Source of the DNA: Puccinia triticina
Lineage: Eukaryota
Direction of reading: 5' to 3'
Assembly: GCA_026914245.1 (NCBI GenBank)
Contig: CP110440.1
Location: forward strand, 4,278,001 to 4,342,000
Length of the DNA stretch: 64,000 nucleotides
Shown here: piece after piece, positions 1-12,839 of the stretch
Layout: the number at the start of each line of letters is the position of its first letter
How positions within the stretch are numbered: position 1 is the first letter of the stretch
Program-made: the position numbers and the translations under genes
Notes under the pieces: generated by a model
Told to the model about the DNA's origin: nothing
Seen by the model: only the letters and a program-made list of their open reading frames with translations
Databases searched by the model: none

Positions 1-193
1 TTCGTCAAAATCAAGCCAAGTAAGAAAGAGGAAGTCCTTCAAATCCTTGTCGAGAAAGATATCACCCATCCTAGCTTCTTGAAATCCGCTAGTATTACTC
101 AAGACACATGGCCCGTTGGGGCTTGTCTCCTGGCATCATTGCCCAGTTAAGAAACAACACTAAGAAATTTGAGAAGCGCCGTGCTCCTCAATA
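1..193 (+). pseudogene. 3' end of a frameshifted hypothetical protein (probably TE-associated)
   Basis: Frame 1 reads FVKIKPSKKEEVLQILVEKDITHPSFLKS..., and an offset frame continues MARWGLSPGIIAQLRNNTKKFEKRRAPQ*. Truncated by the window start. Confidence 0.3.
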
Positions 194-589
194 GCGGACA
201 TTTACAGATCTTGCTTTTCTTTCTGTATCATCTCATTTTTTTCTCATGTCCGTATCATCTCGACAGACAATCATCATAGATCTCATCCATCATCATTAGA
301 ACTAGACAGTTTCCCTTTTCATGTCTGTATCATCTCAACACCGCGCTCCACGGAGTATTGGTTACTTCTAAGGAACACCGCGCTCCTCAATCCTCAATAG
401 CAGAGAATATCTCTTTTTTATTTTCCCTCTATCACCGCATGTACTTTTGAAACACAAGGATTTCCAACAATGTAGCTATGAAATCACACTACTAACTGAA
501 GCAATTGAGACATGTTTGGGAGGGAAAAGTAAAGGAAAGGGGCTCAGAGATGTAAGAACACGGAATAGGGAAAAGGAAAGGGGATCAGA

Positions 590-1010
590 CATGTAAAGGC
601 ATGGAAGGACTCAGAATGGACGGACTGTGAGCACTCAGAGGAATAAAACTGGACTCAGACATGTGTATTGGACTTGAAGGTTGGACTTGGGATAGCACTT
701 GGAGGAAGGACTTGGGATAGCACTGGGAGGAATAAAACAGGACTCGGACATGTGTATTGGACTGGTTGGACTTGAAGGCACTCGGACAACTTATTGGACT
801 TGGGATCGGACTTGACGGCAGCACTTGGAGGAATAAAACAGGACTGGGACATGTGTATCGGACTGGTAGGACTTGAAGGCATTCGGACAACTTATTGGAC
901 TCGGGATCGGACTTGAAGGCAGCACTCTGAGGAATAAAACAGGACTCTGACATGTGTATCGGACTGGACTTGAAGGCACTCGGGGAAAGGACTCGGACGT
1001 ATCGGACTCG
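590..1010. repeat. Imperfect tandem repeat (~115-120 bp units)
   Basis: Recurrent ggaataaaacaggactcggacatgtgtattggact...ggacttgaaggcactcggacaacttattggac blocks. Confidence 0.8.
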
Positions 1011-1013
1011 AAT

Positions 1014-2125
1014 TCATTGGGTTGGCACACAGTATCCGCATTGGCGGTATAACTTGTAGCACAACTCGGCTGTCAATGTTTCACCAGCAACTTGGCGGAT
1101 CTCCCATTCTGGGTTGTCGGTGTGATTCAAGAGCTGTGAGTCCCTCAAGTGCTGCTTGATTGCCGCAAAACAGAGTTTGATAGGGTTCAACTCCGGGCAA
1201 TAGGGCGGCAGGAAAAGAAGTCGTACCCCGGCGGCATGGCAAAGCTCTCGGACACGATTGCCTCAATGGATCGCCGCGTTGTCGGCCACAAGGACTGAGT
1301 TCACATCTGGGTACCTATTCATTCGAGGGAGCTAAAAGGAAAGGGTTAGATTAGAAAGGATAGGGAGATCATAAGGAAAAAGACTCACCAAGTCAAATTC
1401 TAGGAAGTGTTCAAACTTCCAACCATTGAACGTCTCAGCTGTAGTGGTGAGGGCCACAAGTCCATCAATCGAGATGGCTGGGAGTAAGCTGAGGCGATCT
1501 GGGTTCTGGTTGACAATGAACCTTGCCGAGGGGGTTCCTTTTTTGGACATCACATATGTTTGGAGGAGATCCTTGTCTGCAAAGGAGCTCTCATCTGAGC
1601 AGGATAAGAGACGAAAATGGTTTGTCAGCTGATACCAATGAAAAGAGAATCAATCAGCTTACCGGTGAAGACCAAGAATTCCGCAGGGTAGTACTCCATG
1701 CGTTCAACATACGCATACTTTGCTGCGAGGGACTTGCGGATATTCTTTGTGTCCGGTTTTTTCAACGTGATCGAGAGTTTCTCAACAAGAGTCCTGTGAA
1801 CACCTGAGGTACTCAGGAGGACACCGGAAGAGTCGTACAATTGCTCTTGGATTTCGTCCAGGAAGAGGCCGGGCTCGGAGCGTACAAGCTCTATCATGAA
1901 GTTACACTCATTTCAAGTGAGACTGGAAGGTCGTCCGCGGGCCTTGTAGCCATTGGGGTCCTTGATGATGCAGCGGGTTTCGTTGACGAGGTGCTTCCAT
2001 CGGCGGAATGACTGCGGTGAAAATTGTACACCCAACAATTGCTTGATAGACGCTATCGAGAGGCCTTGCTTTGCCATTTGGATGATTGCGATTTTGGTTG
2101 CGGCGGAGTGGGGGCGATAAGCCAT
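1014..2125 (-). pseudogene. Tc1/IS630-family DDE transposase, intron-containing, inactivated
   Basis: Spliced translation MAYRPHS..GRPSSLT*NECNFMIELVRSEPGLFLDEIQ..LVFT/DESSF..LLPAISIDG..FLEFDL/LPRMNRYP..VLVADNAAIH*GNRV..LFLPPYCPELNPIK. It has the Tc1 DES, DNA..H and LPPYSPxLNPIE-like motifs, two GT-AG introns, in-frame stops at 1913-1915 and 1263-1265, and catalytic E->K at 1176-1178. Confidence 0.88.
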
Positions 2126-2136
2126 CAAGAGATGAT

Positions 2137-2239
2137 GGTGGGGTTGGTGTTGGTGGGTTTGGCGAGGTTGGTGTTGGTGGGTTTGACGAGGTTGGTGTTG
2201 GTGGGTTTGACGAGGTTGGTGTTGGTGGGTTTGGCGATA
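2137..2239. repeat. 24-bp tandem repeat (~4 copies)
   Basis: ggttggtgttggtgggtttg(g/a)cga repeated upstream of the transposase. Confidence 0.9.
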
Positions 2240-2654
2240 TGGTGCTCGGGTCAGCGGTCATCATATCATATGACCGCTGTGTTGGTCCGAAACCGGGTCA
2301 GAAACAGCGGAATTAAAGCTGTCATGTGCACCATAGGTACATACTTCGGAAATCCGAACGGTGTAAAAATCCAAGATATTTTCAAAAGACAATATGCCGC
2401 TATGTCACAACTTTGAGAACCCCAATTGAAGAAGATTTAAGATTTGATGAGGAAAAGGTCCCGGATGAGTGAGCAAGATGGAAGAAGGGATCAACTGATT
2501 AGGTTTATTTTGATGAGATTGAGTTTCTTGATGTTTCAGACTTTTCCTCACAAGATGCGCTACCGCCTGCGCAGCGCAAGTTTCAAAACCAACATTTTTG
2601 GCGTCCCCAGGCCTAGCACGCCAATGCCAAATTTCAGCTTGTAAAGAGCTCTCA

Positions 2655-3390
2655 GTGAGATGGAGCTGATTTTTCCTTGCCTGGAGAGGTACATAATCCT
2701 CTTCTGGAAGGAATACACACCTCTCAATGAGCTAGACCTTTGACCAGCTCACTGTGGGTGTTTTTCCTTGCAAGCTGGTCAAATTTCAGCTCGCCAAGAC
2801 AAATTAATACCTCCTGGAGAGCTGGTACAAATCCAGCTCACCAAGAGTAATAAATAACTCTCGGTGAGCTGGTACAAATCCACCTCGCCAAGAGTAATAA
2901 ATACCTCTTGGTGAGCTGACTTTGACCAGCTCACTGGGAAAAACACCCTTGGTGGGCCGGTCAAAGGTCTAGCTTTCCAAGAGGTACATATTCCTCCCGG
3001 CGAGCCAGCTCAAAGGAAGGGTGTTCTTCCAGGTGATCTGGTAGATCGCCTGGATGGAGCTGGATTTTTACCAGCCCTCCAAGAGAAATAAGGGGGGTTA
3101 AATGGCGTGAGCACGCCATCTTATTGGGCGTGCAACCAATCCGCACGCCCAAAGGGTGGGTGTGCCAATTTTCTATGCCCCACTTTGTGGCGTCCTGAGG
3201 CTGGCACACCAATTTTACCTGCGCAATTGGTGTGCCGGGACCCGTACGCCATAAATATTGGTGTACGCGGCCTGGCGCACCAATGAATTGGTGTTTTTTG
3301 GCCGTCCACACCAATTTTCTTGGTGCAGCCACCCCCGCACACCAAAAACATGGTGTGCTTTGAGTAATTTTTTGGTGTGCCTTTAGGCTG
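2655..3390. repeat. Non-autonomous TE-derived repeat cluster (gagctgg/ccagctc and gcacacc motifs)
   Basis: Many direct and inverted copies of accagctc(g/a)ccaagag; related motifs at 48350-48800. Confidence 0.55.
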
Positions 3391-3455
3391 ACCCTTACTC
3401 AAATTGGATAACGTAACTCAGCCACCAGTTATCAGTAACTGGGTGGTAAAGTAAC

Positions 3456-4648
3456 TGTAAAGGTTATGTTTTAGGCAGAGTCATTCAAATTGAAAGGTAT
3501 GTATCTGCCCTGCAGGAAATGGCAAGCAAATCAAACCTTTTCCAAAGTCCAAATGCAGCGCAGCAGGAGTTGTAAAACTGATTACATCCATAGTGGTGCA
3601 TGCAGGTCCAACAAACACAATTGAAGAAGCAAGATTCAGCTAGGTGAATCCCAGCCAAAGGTCCCTATCCAAGAGAATCACAGCAAGCGCCAAAGGTAAG
3701 TGGTGTGATTAAACCTCAAGGACAGTAGACTAGAAAGGAGCTAATGCACTATTGTAACCTTCTAGACAGAGTGAAGAGGAGCAGACTAACCCCACCAATT
3801 CCATAGATCAGGCCCTATCCAAGTAAGGACTCCATCTGTCTTCTATCAACTCTGAAACCGCTGTGCTAAATGTATTTGCAGCGGCCAGTAGCGTATCTTA
3901 AAAAAGCGCTGTTACATTGCAGCGGTAGCGCATCGGCCGGCCGCTACGCTACTGTGTATTTGTAGCGGTTGGCCAAGACTGCACCATGCGCTGAGAAATG
4001 AAGATCGGCAAACCCGATACACTGCAGCGGTAGCGCATCGGCACAGTGATGCGCTACAATTTCCAAAAATACATGTATTTTTTGCCGATTACGATGTACT
4101 GTAATGGCCATTACGATACATGTATTGTAATGGTTTGACCGTTGCTTCTATGCAAGAGGTCAAACAGTAGCTAATGCTAATCATATCAATCCAGATCAAA
4201 ACAATCAGTTCATCCTCTTATTATTTCTTTTATCTCTTTGTCTAGTAGAGAGCAGTCTTTCTTCTGCTCTTAGGTAAAATATTCTCTCTGATTTCATTCA
4301 ATAACTGTTGAATTCTCGTTCTCTGGCCTCATCTACTCCTGCCTTCTGCCTCCCTTCCTTTCCCTTTTCTGTACCTCCAGACTCCAGCTGATCCTTCTCC
4401 ATCACATCTTATGCACTCTCTCATCATTGGTCTGATAGTATCTTGTGGTCATGCCTGCTATTCCGTACTTGCCATGTTGACTTTGTCCCTGCCAAGATTA
4501 TATTGTCAAGCTTTCCTCTATGCCTCTTATCCTATGATGTGTGCGTGCTCTGTGTGTGACAGGTTAGTTTCTCTTGTGATATGCCTGTTGAGAGTTCCAG
4601 ATGTTTCTATTCATTTCTTTCCATATTCATTATAGCTCTCAACCACCA
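3456..4648 (+). mobile_element. LTR-like segment (Copia type) followed by a degenerate PBS-like motif
   Basis: TG...CA ends and a pyrimidine-rich 3' part, followed by gttgatatca (resembling the tRNA-Met PBS tggtatca). Interrupted by the 3847-4144 insert. Confidence 0.4.
3847..4144. mobile_element. MITE with CAAC termini and 7-bp TSD (P-superfamily-like)
   Basis: Ends caactctgaaacc / ggtttgaccgttg, flanked by CTTCTAT at 3840-3846 and 4145-4151. Confidence 0.7.
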
Positions 4649-4666
4649 GTTGATATCATGTACTTA

Positions 4667-6310
4667 GGCCCTGTTTGGCCGTACAATGTAATATGATAAA
4701 TCAGGCAATTTATAACGGCGGGCGCCCGGGGTATCACACCTGTTTATTTGGTGTTTGGGGCTGCCAATGATATTGTAAAATGCATTACCCCACATCACCG
4801 AAAAAATATCACCCCCGCCATTTTGGAAATAGAGGTCAGGACCTCTATTTCCGGGTGATATATCGGTGACTACATATGTACTCACCCCCCAGTCATCAAG
4901 CTGCACCTCTTGATGACCGATCATCTGGTCATCAAGAAGGACACAACCTCTTGATGACTGGTCAACCAATCATCGAAGAGGACACAACCTCTGGATGACC
5001 GGTTGGACCGGCCATCCAGACACAACCTCTGGATGACCGTTCTGACCGGCCATCCAGAGGACTTCACCTCTCAATGATCACCGGTTCAACCGGTCATCGA
5101 AGAGGACACACCCTCTTGATGACCGGCCAACCGCTCATTGAAGAGGACAGACCCTCTTGATGATCGGTCAACCGGTCATCAAAGAGGACATAACCTCGGG
5201 AGTCTGGTTGACCGGTCATCAAGAGGGTGTGTCCTCTTTGATGGCCAGTCAACCGCTTCACCTCTCAATGACCAGTCAACAGGTCATCGAGAGGTTGTGT
5301 CCTCATGACCAGTTGACCGGTCATCGAGAGGAGTTCAGCTCTTGATGAACGGTCAACCGGTCATCAGGAGCTGAAGCCCTCTGGACGACCGGTTCAACCA
5401 ATCATCAGGAGCTGAACTCCTCTAGATGACCGGTTCGGCCGGCCATCCAGAGGAGTTCAGCTCTCGGTGACCGGGTGATCGGACATTGAGAGGTGGGCTC
5501 CTCTCGATGAACGGATGATTGAGAGGAGTTCAGCTCTCTCAATGTCCGGTCGACCGGTCATCAAGAGGAGTTCAGCTCTCTCGATGTCCGGTTGACCGGT
5601 CATCAAGAGGAGTTCAGCTCTCTCAATGTCCGGTTGACCGGTCATTGAGAGGAGTTCACCTCTCTCGATGTCCGTTTGACTGGTCATCAAGAGGAGTTCA
5701 TCTCTCAATGTCCGATCAACCGGACATCAAGAGAGGTGAACGTTCTTGATGGACCAAGAGACATTCCTGATGGACCGTTCATCAAAGAGGAGTTCAGCTC
5801 TTGATGACCGATCAACCGGTCATCAAGAGCTGAATTCCTCTGGATGGCCGATCAGAGCTGAACACTCTTGATGGACTGTTCATCAAAGAGGACTTGACCT
5901 CTTGATGACCAATCAACCAGTCATCAAGAGGTGAACTCCTCTGGATGGCCGGCCGAACCGTTCATCCAGAGGTTAGGTCCTCTTTGATGACCGGTTGACC
6001 GGTCATTGAGAGGTGAAGTCCTTTTTGATGACCAGATGACCGGTCATCGAGAGGGTGTTACTCCTCCGGATAACCAGTCGAACAGGTCATCGAGATGTGT
6101 ACTAGGTGTGTGTACATGCATGATACTGTCTGCTCTCCAAACAGCCTGTTATAAATGGACTCCAACATTATTCTGGAGTGGATGCGCCAAACAGCCATGT
6201 TATAAATCTAATCATTTCTTGATTGGCTTTATTACAGTTGGATTGCACATTGGGTGGTATGTATATTATGATGCAATTTATCATATCACACTGGGCGTCC
6301 AAACGGGGCC
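4667..6310. mobile_element. PIF/Harbinger (Tourist-like) non-autonomous element with an internal palindromic repeat array
   Basis: TIRs ggccctgtttgg / ccaaacggggcc flanked by TTA and TAA. Interior 4890-6100 is an array of ctctcgatgaccggtcaaccggtcatcgagag hairpin units. Confidence 0.75.
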
Positions 6311-6586
6311 TAAAGTCTATATATTATACATAGCCTAGGACACAGAAATCCAACCATCGGTTCTCCTTCATTTTTTCCGCGCCTCCATCCTGAGCCGATC
6401 CGGTGAGCAATCAACCCTCACTGCCCTCTCTCGAGCCCACTGGCTCATCTGTGTGTTTCTTCGTGCTCCGGTCTTCAGTCGAAATCCTAACAATAACAAT
6501 TGTAAACAAAAACTAGAATAATCGTTTAACTAAGAAATTAATCTTCTTAGTCCTTTGAATTCTTTCAACTGCCAGTACAAACAACA

Positions 6587-7577
6587 TCAAGGGTTTTGAA
6601 GAGAAGCGTCGGCTGATATGCATAGGGTCTCCGGGTGAATAGCTTCGGTTTGGATGGTTGGGATCTTGATCTCACAGAGACGAATCCTGGTACTGTTTTT
6701 TGTGAATCGTCATTGAAGTTTAGGTTGAAGACGTTTATTTTGTCAGAAAATCAAAGCAATTTACTAAGATGTTTTTTTTTCTGCTAAGAATGCACTCAAC
6801 TAGTAAGGTTTATTCTTGATCGTTTTCCGGTATCCTTTCCTTCTCTTCTTTTTGATCACTGTGCTCATCTTCCCACGAGTATGTTCGACAACGATAGCGG
6901 AAGCATGGACGAGATTCTCGTCAAGATAATGTGGGATTTCGGGTTTGAAGCAGACTGTCCTGGACTCCCGACTGAGCTCAGACGGATCCATGCCGAGTTT
7001 CTTGGCCTTCGAGTTCAAGGTCTTCGACGCTGCGGGAGAGAGGGTCTCTCGCTTGGCATGGCCGACGGTCCCGTTACCGGCGGCTCGGATGGTGAAATTT
7101 CGCGAGCCCACCTCGGTGATCCTCGTCAGTCTGATTAAGTCGCCCACCTTGAGATCCTTGATGTGAGGCAGGGTGACTTGATCATCGACCATTAATTTGT
7201 ACTTCTTGCCCACAAGAAACGTTACCAGGTAGTGATTTTCTTCCGAATTCAACATCCCTAAGGCCTTTGAGCTAGGAATCTTGGGTAGGCCTCTTGTGCC
7301 CCTGCTTGCTTGTTTGAGAGCCGGCTGGAGCGTCGGCCGGGTCACTAGAGTTGAATTTGTGCGGATCGATGAGGCAGGGGAGGAGGAAGCACCTGGTGAT
7401 TGAGACGCTCGAAGTATGGTCGATTTCCGGGCAATGGGACATTCCTTTGTCGTTGAGATGAGAGAAGATACTGCACCTACAACCACCAAACAAATCAGCG
7501 TGATCTAAGAATTCCCGGATGATTTAAGTTGAGAAATATGGTGTCAACCAACCGAACAGTCTGCTGAGCCCGGCCAT
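6587..7577 (-). CDS. Mitochondrial ribosomal protein bL21 (L21p family), 3 exons
   Basis: MAGLSRLF/GAVSSL..GKKYKLMVDDQVTLPHIKDLKVGDLIRL..VGSRNFTI..AIVVEHTRGKMSTVIKKKRRKGYRKTIKNKPY/YTRIRLCEIKIP*. L21 motifs, a basic Ser-rich targeting-like N-terminus and two GT-AG introns. Confidence 0.88.
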
Positions 7578-9496
7578 TATGACGTTCTTCGTTGGACGAA
7601 CGATGATCCGATGATTTCAATGTCACGAAGTAGCCCGATATAGTTCGACAAAGGTAGCATCGACTACTTATGTATTTACCATCTCGTGGCCCTGGTTGTC
7701 GGCGCCACATGGCGCGCCTAGGTGCGCCCGCGCCGCAACCGCGCACCCAGGCGCGCACTTTTTCCTGGGTTGGCGCGCACCCAGGAATACAAAGTTTGTG
7801 GAGCTGCGAACGGTCTTGGGAAGCAAGCCTTCGATAGCCCTCGGCAGCGTTTTGCGGGGGCTAGAATTTAAATTTTGGTGGCAGGAATATTCAAACCTTC
7901 ATAATTCCTTGCTTCCGTAACATTTGGTGGAATAAATTTGCTTGGGTGACAGCCCTGCTTCTCACCATCCTCTACACCAAAACTGTGCTTGATCATGATG
8001 ATCCTTCGACTCCAAATAAATTGCCTTTGTAAATAAAATATTGAAATCAATTGGACTTTCTTTGCAGAGGGGGTCCGTGATGATCTAAGCAGGTCCAAGC
8101 TCACAGACTTATATACATACGCTTCCGCTCCAGGAGAATGCAAATCTAAACGTGAAACAAATATCACATAATTCTGAGGGTCTGTGCGTTACTGAGATGA
8201 AGGAATTTCAGAATTGGCTAAAATTCTTGGTGACTCTATAAATTGCATGTTTCTTATTTTAATTCTAGTAAAATACTGGTATGGGAAAAGATAAAAAGAA
8301 AAGTAGTAAAATTTTGCTTAGCATGTTGCATCCTGAAGAAAGTCAAAAAGTAGCAATGTTTCAGCAATACATGATCTATGGAAGTAAAAAAAGGAAAATT
8401 GGCATGGAATTTTCATTCTAGCCACGCAAGCTTGGGTTGATATGCTGCCTAAGGGACGCTCTCCAAAGGGGAGGCATTTGTAAAGTTGGACCTGTGGCCT
8501 GAGGACAGCCAAATTTTGGCAGAGAAATGATAAAAAATAAACTCAGCACAAAATTAAAAATAAATAAATAAACTCTCTTTAATGCCTTTTGTCACAGTTG
8601 CAGCTGCCCATCTTGGGCATCTGCTGGATTTTTTTGGGGGAAATTTGGCCATAAATAGCCTGCTCAGCAACTTCTTTTGCAAGGGCACTTGCAGGTTTGG
8701 GGAATTAGACTTTGCTGACCCTCAGGATTCTGCTCTTGTTGGATCAGGGAGAGTCCCACAGCTCTTGAAGTATCAAATTGTATTTTCAATGGAATATGTA
8801 CATATTTGTAATTGGTGGCATGTATGGCTTATGATGTATGCCTTTTGCTATTTATGCAATAAGGACCAGATTGATCCAACAGTTTATCTGGGCCTTCATT
8901 GGGCAGATTGCTCCAATTTCCAATACTTATCCATCCCCACAGTTTCATAATCCTATGGAAATGTGGAGCTTTGAGCACCGTACATATACCAAACAATCAC
9001 AAGCTTTTCAATGGTCTGGGAGGTGTGACCTGAATCAGAGTGCTTGTGGGTGATTTGGGGGTTTTAATTCCCTCCCCAGCCAAATGGCTGGTTGCCCTTG
9101 CGCAAGATTTGGGACATTATATTCAAGTCCCTCCTTTGGGGTTGCTTTGCGCCTCCTTGGAAGGAAGGGACTTGTGTTAAATTAGCCATAGATAGTGAAG
9201 TTTGAATCACCAATGGCCCTGAGAATGAAAGTTCAAAATATTGAAATCAAGTGGAAAGAGCCACCACTTGTTGAGGAATGACTTTTCCTTGTTACTTGAC
9301 TCTTAGGAAGCTAGGTGGCCTTCCACCTTGAGCTCATTCATTGATTTGAAGTCCCAAATCTGCTTTGATATGCTGCTAAGTAGAAACCTGCCTGCTGCAC
9401 CTCATTGGTTGAAGCCAAAATTCTCCCATGGGCCAAAATTTGCTGGCTTCCTGATTACCAATCTCTGAAAAGACAAGTCAAGAATACAACAAGCTA

Positions 9497-11202
9497 CAGT
9501 CGTTACATTATTTAATGGGAATGGGAATTCAAGCTCCCAAAATTTCCCGCTAAAATAGTGCCAACTATATAGTTGAGTTATGCAGATACTCAAACAAAAG
9601 TTGTATGAGATATCCCACGGACCAGCAGTAGAGGGTATTGGGGGTATTGGGGGTCTGTAGAGATGGCCCCATGGGACCCGGGTACCCTTGCAGGACCGGG
9701 GTACGGGGTTGTTTTTTCTGAAAAACAGACACCTGGTACCGCACCTGGTACCGCCTGACAGGGTACCGGCGGTACCTTATGGGGGTACCAGGGGTGGGGG
9801 CGTACTCGACAAGTCACACAGGTGCCCGAGGACGGCGTTGCGGGCGACTTTGTGTGTTCCGGCGAGGCCGGGGGTCTTGAATGCCAGGCTGGAGAGCCCG
9901 GCGGCTTTCAGCGAGGGGTGGGGCAGGGGCGAGGGGGCATTGGTGCGGGCAAGGAGGCCGGCGATCGGCGAGGGTGTGGCTGATTGGCTCGCGGCTGTTG
10001 GCGGGGACGGCGAGGGTGACGGAGGCGTAGTCGCCGAGGATGAGGCTCAGCGGGGCGGGGAAGACAAGCGAACGAGTCCTCTGCAGGCAGGGGCCCTGGT
10101 CAGAGCTGGGAATCCACTGACAACGCCGCCAGGGGACACCCAGCTCCACAACGCCCTGGCCGGAAGACAACGCCGCCTTGACCGACCGGGGTGAGGTACC
10201 AGGTACCAAAGTGGAGATCAGGAAGGAGTTGGTTGGCTTGGGAGGGCAAGGTCCCAACTTCCCCGTCTGGCTGGCTGCGCGGGTGCGGGAGGCGGGTACC
10301 CGGGTACGCACCCGTTTTTTCACCAAAAGCGGACACCCAACACCGCATCCGGCACCGCCTGGCGGGTGCGCGGCGGGTACCTGAAGGCATTCCCTAGCCA
10401 ACGGTACACCGCCGGTACACCCGGGTGTCTTCAGTTTTTTACCCCCAAAGCAGGCACCTGGTACCACACCTGGTACCTCTGGGCTGGTGCGCTGGCGCAC
10501 CAGAGGGTACCCTCCAGGCGGTACCAGGTACCCCCAAACCGGTACCGCGAGGCCATCTCTAGGGGTCTGGATAGACTTTTCCAATGCTCTGGGGCTGATA
10601 CAATCTCTTGGATCAGTCCAAGAGGGAAGGAAGAGAAAATCTGACATGTGATAACTCCTCCCATACTCTTGGACCCTGGCAGTACATTGAACAGAAAGGT
10701 CCAAGAGGCAGGAGACTGGACATCACTCCTCCTGTCCTCTCCGACTGTTACATCCTGTTACATCCAATTGCTCCAAGAGGACAAGAGTACTGCCATCTCA
10801 ATCCTCTTGGACCAATCAGTTTTATTGCTATTGCAACTTGAGAGAGGACCTCAGTAATGATGTCCAGTCGCCTCCTCCTTCTCAGCCCAAAATATAATTA
10901 CTGGTATTCTCTTCCCTCTTGGACCACTCCAGGAGGAAGTGCTCTTGGAATGATGTATTTTATTGGCCCGGGAGCTCCGGAGGATTCCAACTCTTGGCTC
11001 CCATCTCTAAGGACAGAGATAAAGGACCCCCAATGTCCCGGGTCCCCAATATTGTTGCTGGATATCTCGTATTACATATCTCATATGTACATATGTCCAA
11101 CTCTGTGTGATATGTGCATAACTCAAATATATAGTTTTCACTATTTTACGGGGAAATTTTGGGAGCTTGAATTCTCATTCACATTAAATAATGTAACAAC
11201 TG
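9497..11202. mobile_element. Tc1/mariner-type non-autonomous element (~110-bp TIRs, TA TSD)
   Basis: TA|cagtcgttacattatttaatgggaatgggaattcaagctcccaaaatttccc... is mirrored by ...gggaaattttgggagcttgaattctcattcacattaaataatgtaacaactg|TA. Confidence 0.85.
9658..10561. mobile_element. hAT non-autonomous element nested in the Tc1-type element
   Basis: TIR tagagatggcc/ggccatctcta, 8-bp TSD GGGGTCTG, and ggtacc subterminal repeats. Confidence 0.9.
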
Positions 11203-12314
11203 TAAGTGCACACCAGGGGTGATTTTGATGCACTCTCCAGACATTGCCATACCATACCCTTTTTCCAGAACTGTGCTGGATGCTTTTGGTAAAAGTAGTG
11301 TAATAAATAATCAAAAATGCATGAACTCATCCACAACTGTTCTGAAACTGATCCTGGACTCATCCATAAATCATCAAGAAGTCATGCAGAACTCAATCAG
11401 AACTCAATCAGAACACGGTTGAAACCACTAAGACACAATGGCCACAATTAAATCATAACTCAATTTGACCTATTTGTTGATTGGGATGATTTATTGGTTC
11501 AATTCATATCATTCACATGCTCATGAAGGTGTTCATTGTTTTCACTTTGCTAATTTTTCCCTCATGTGTGCGCGTAAAAGATTGTTACAAATTGCAGGCT
11601 GGGCCTCTTTCAGATCATCAACACATACACACCGGCTAGAATGATGTGAAAGGCCCACCTGAATTTTCATATTTCCCTAAAAGAAAGGCAGGTATTAGCT
11701 ATAATTGAGCCAAAAAAGGATGGAAATAGGGTGAAAGTATGTGTCAAGTCAAACTTTGAGGTTTGTGGTACCAGATTTCAGCTAAACAACCTGGCTTATT
11801 AACACATATAAGCTCATGAGTCATATTTCTGGTTTTTTGTTTTCCAATGTCTCCATGCACATGCATGTGAGCCGTTTTTCATTTTGACAATGTCACCTTC
11901 TTTTACGCGCGTACATTGGGGTGACAGATCACTGGAGGGGCCTTTCACAGCTCCATGACAAGTAAAAACTGGCCAGAATTCCATTAAAGCCCCAGCTAGT
12001 CACATTTATGTTGTGTGAAACCCCTTGCACATGGAGAAATTGATCAACATGAATTAACCATAAATGATTGATAATTAGGCATTGAGTAAATATCATTTCA
12101 TTATAGGTTGTAATTGAGTTATCCTTAAAGAATGAAACAGTTCTATACAACATTGCATGAGGTCCTGTGATACTTCCTCATAAATCATGACAGACTTCCC
12201 ATTGACTTCTGAATAATTTATCAATCATTTCCTAATACACATCTGACTGAAATCAGACCCAGAACAACATAAAATTACAGTCAGGCACTCTCTGGAGAGT
12301 GCGTCAAATTCTCC

Positions 12315-12410
12315 CCTGGTGTGCACATATTGCAACAAAAGCTTCAACCAAGCAAAATCACACCTTCTATTCTTGCACATGAAGTATACTTGTCAAAATA
12401 TTCCTGCCAA
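12315..12410 (+). pseudogene. BED-type zinc-finger remnant (hAT transposase fragment)
   Basis: Translates as LVCTYCNKSFNQAKSHLLFLHMKYTCQNIP (Cx2C..Hx4C) within degraded AT-rich DNA. Confidence 0.45.
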
Positions 12411-12686
12411 ATATAAATCTGCTTGCTTAGAAAGGTTGAAGAGAAAGAGTTGAAAAGTAAAAGTGTTGCTGTCAAGACTCAAATCCTCCAATGACAAAAA
12501 TGGCCAAATGATATCTTTTTTGATCCCTTCCGATAGCAAGCCCATGAGCTAATCAGTGGAATACTACTTCTTCCATTATCAAATGGTAAGACTCAGATAA
12601 TTCACAAGTAGGTTGTCAAAGCTCTAGCTCTAATTTACCATTTACAATTCTAGAGATTTATTTTCAAGGATATCAGTCTGAACTAG

Positions 12687-12839
12687 CACTGCAAAAAAAA
12701 CTGATACTCACTCCAAGCTGCCATTGTGAATCCATCTAACCTTGAGTAAGGCTGGTGTAACACCACAAGCTTCCTCAGAGTTACCACATGTCAACTGCTC
12801 ACAGTTGACACAGTTTTTTTTTTTTTTTTTTTTGCAGTG
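12687..12839. mobile_element. CACTA-type MITE
   Basis: cactgcaaaaaa...ttttgcagtg with 3-bp TSD TAG. A related longer copy lies at ~51250-51473. Confidence 0.85.

Noticed and set aside
585..1030. Overlapping ORFs with repeated peptides
   Set aside because: Products of the tandem repeat; all frames are open and no domain is recognisable.
4890..6100. CRISPR-like array of palindromic repeats
   Set aside because: Eukaryotic context, no unique fixed-length spacers and no cas genes; it lies inside a TIR element.
7800..9490. Possible degraded transposase
   Set aside because: Many stops; no family motif could be recovered by eye.
9688..10704. 168-296-aa ORFs
   Set aside because: They span MITE boundaries and reflect GC-rich, stop-poor sequence.
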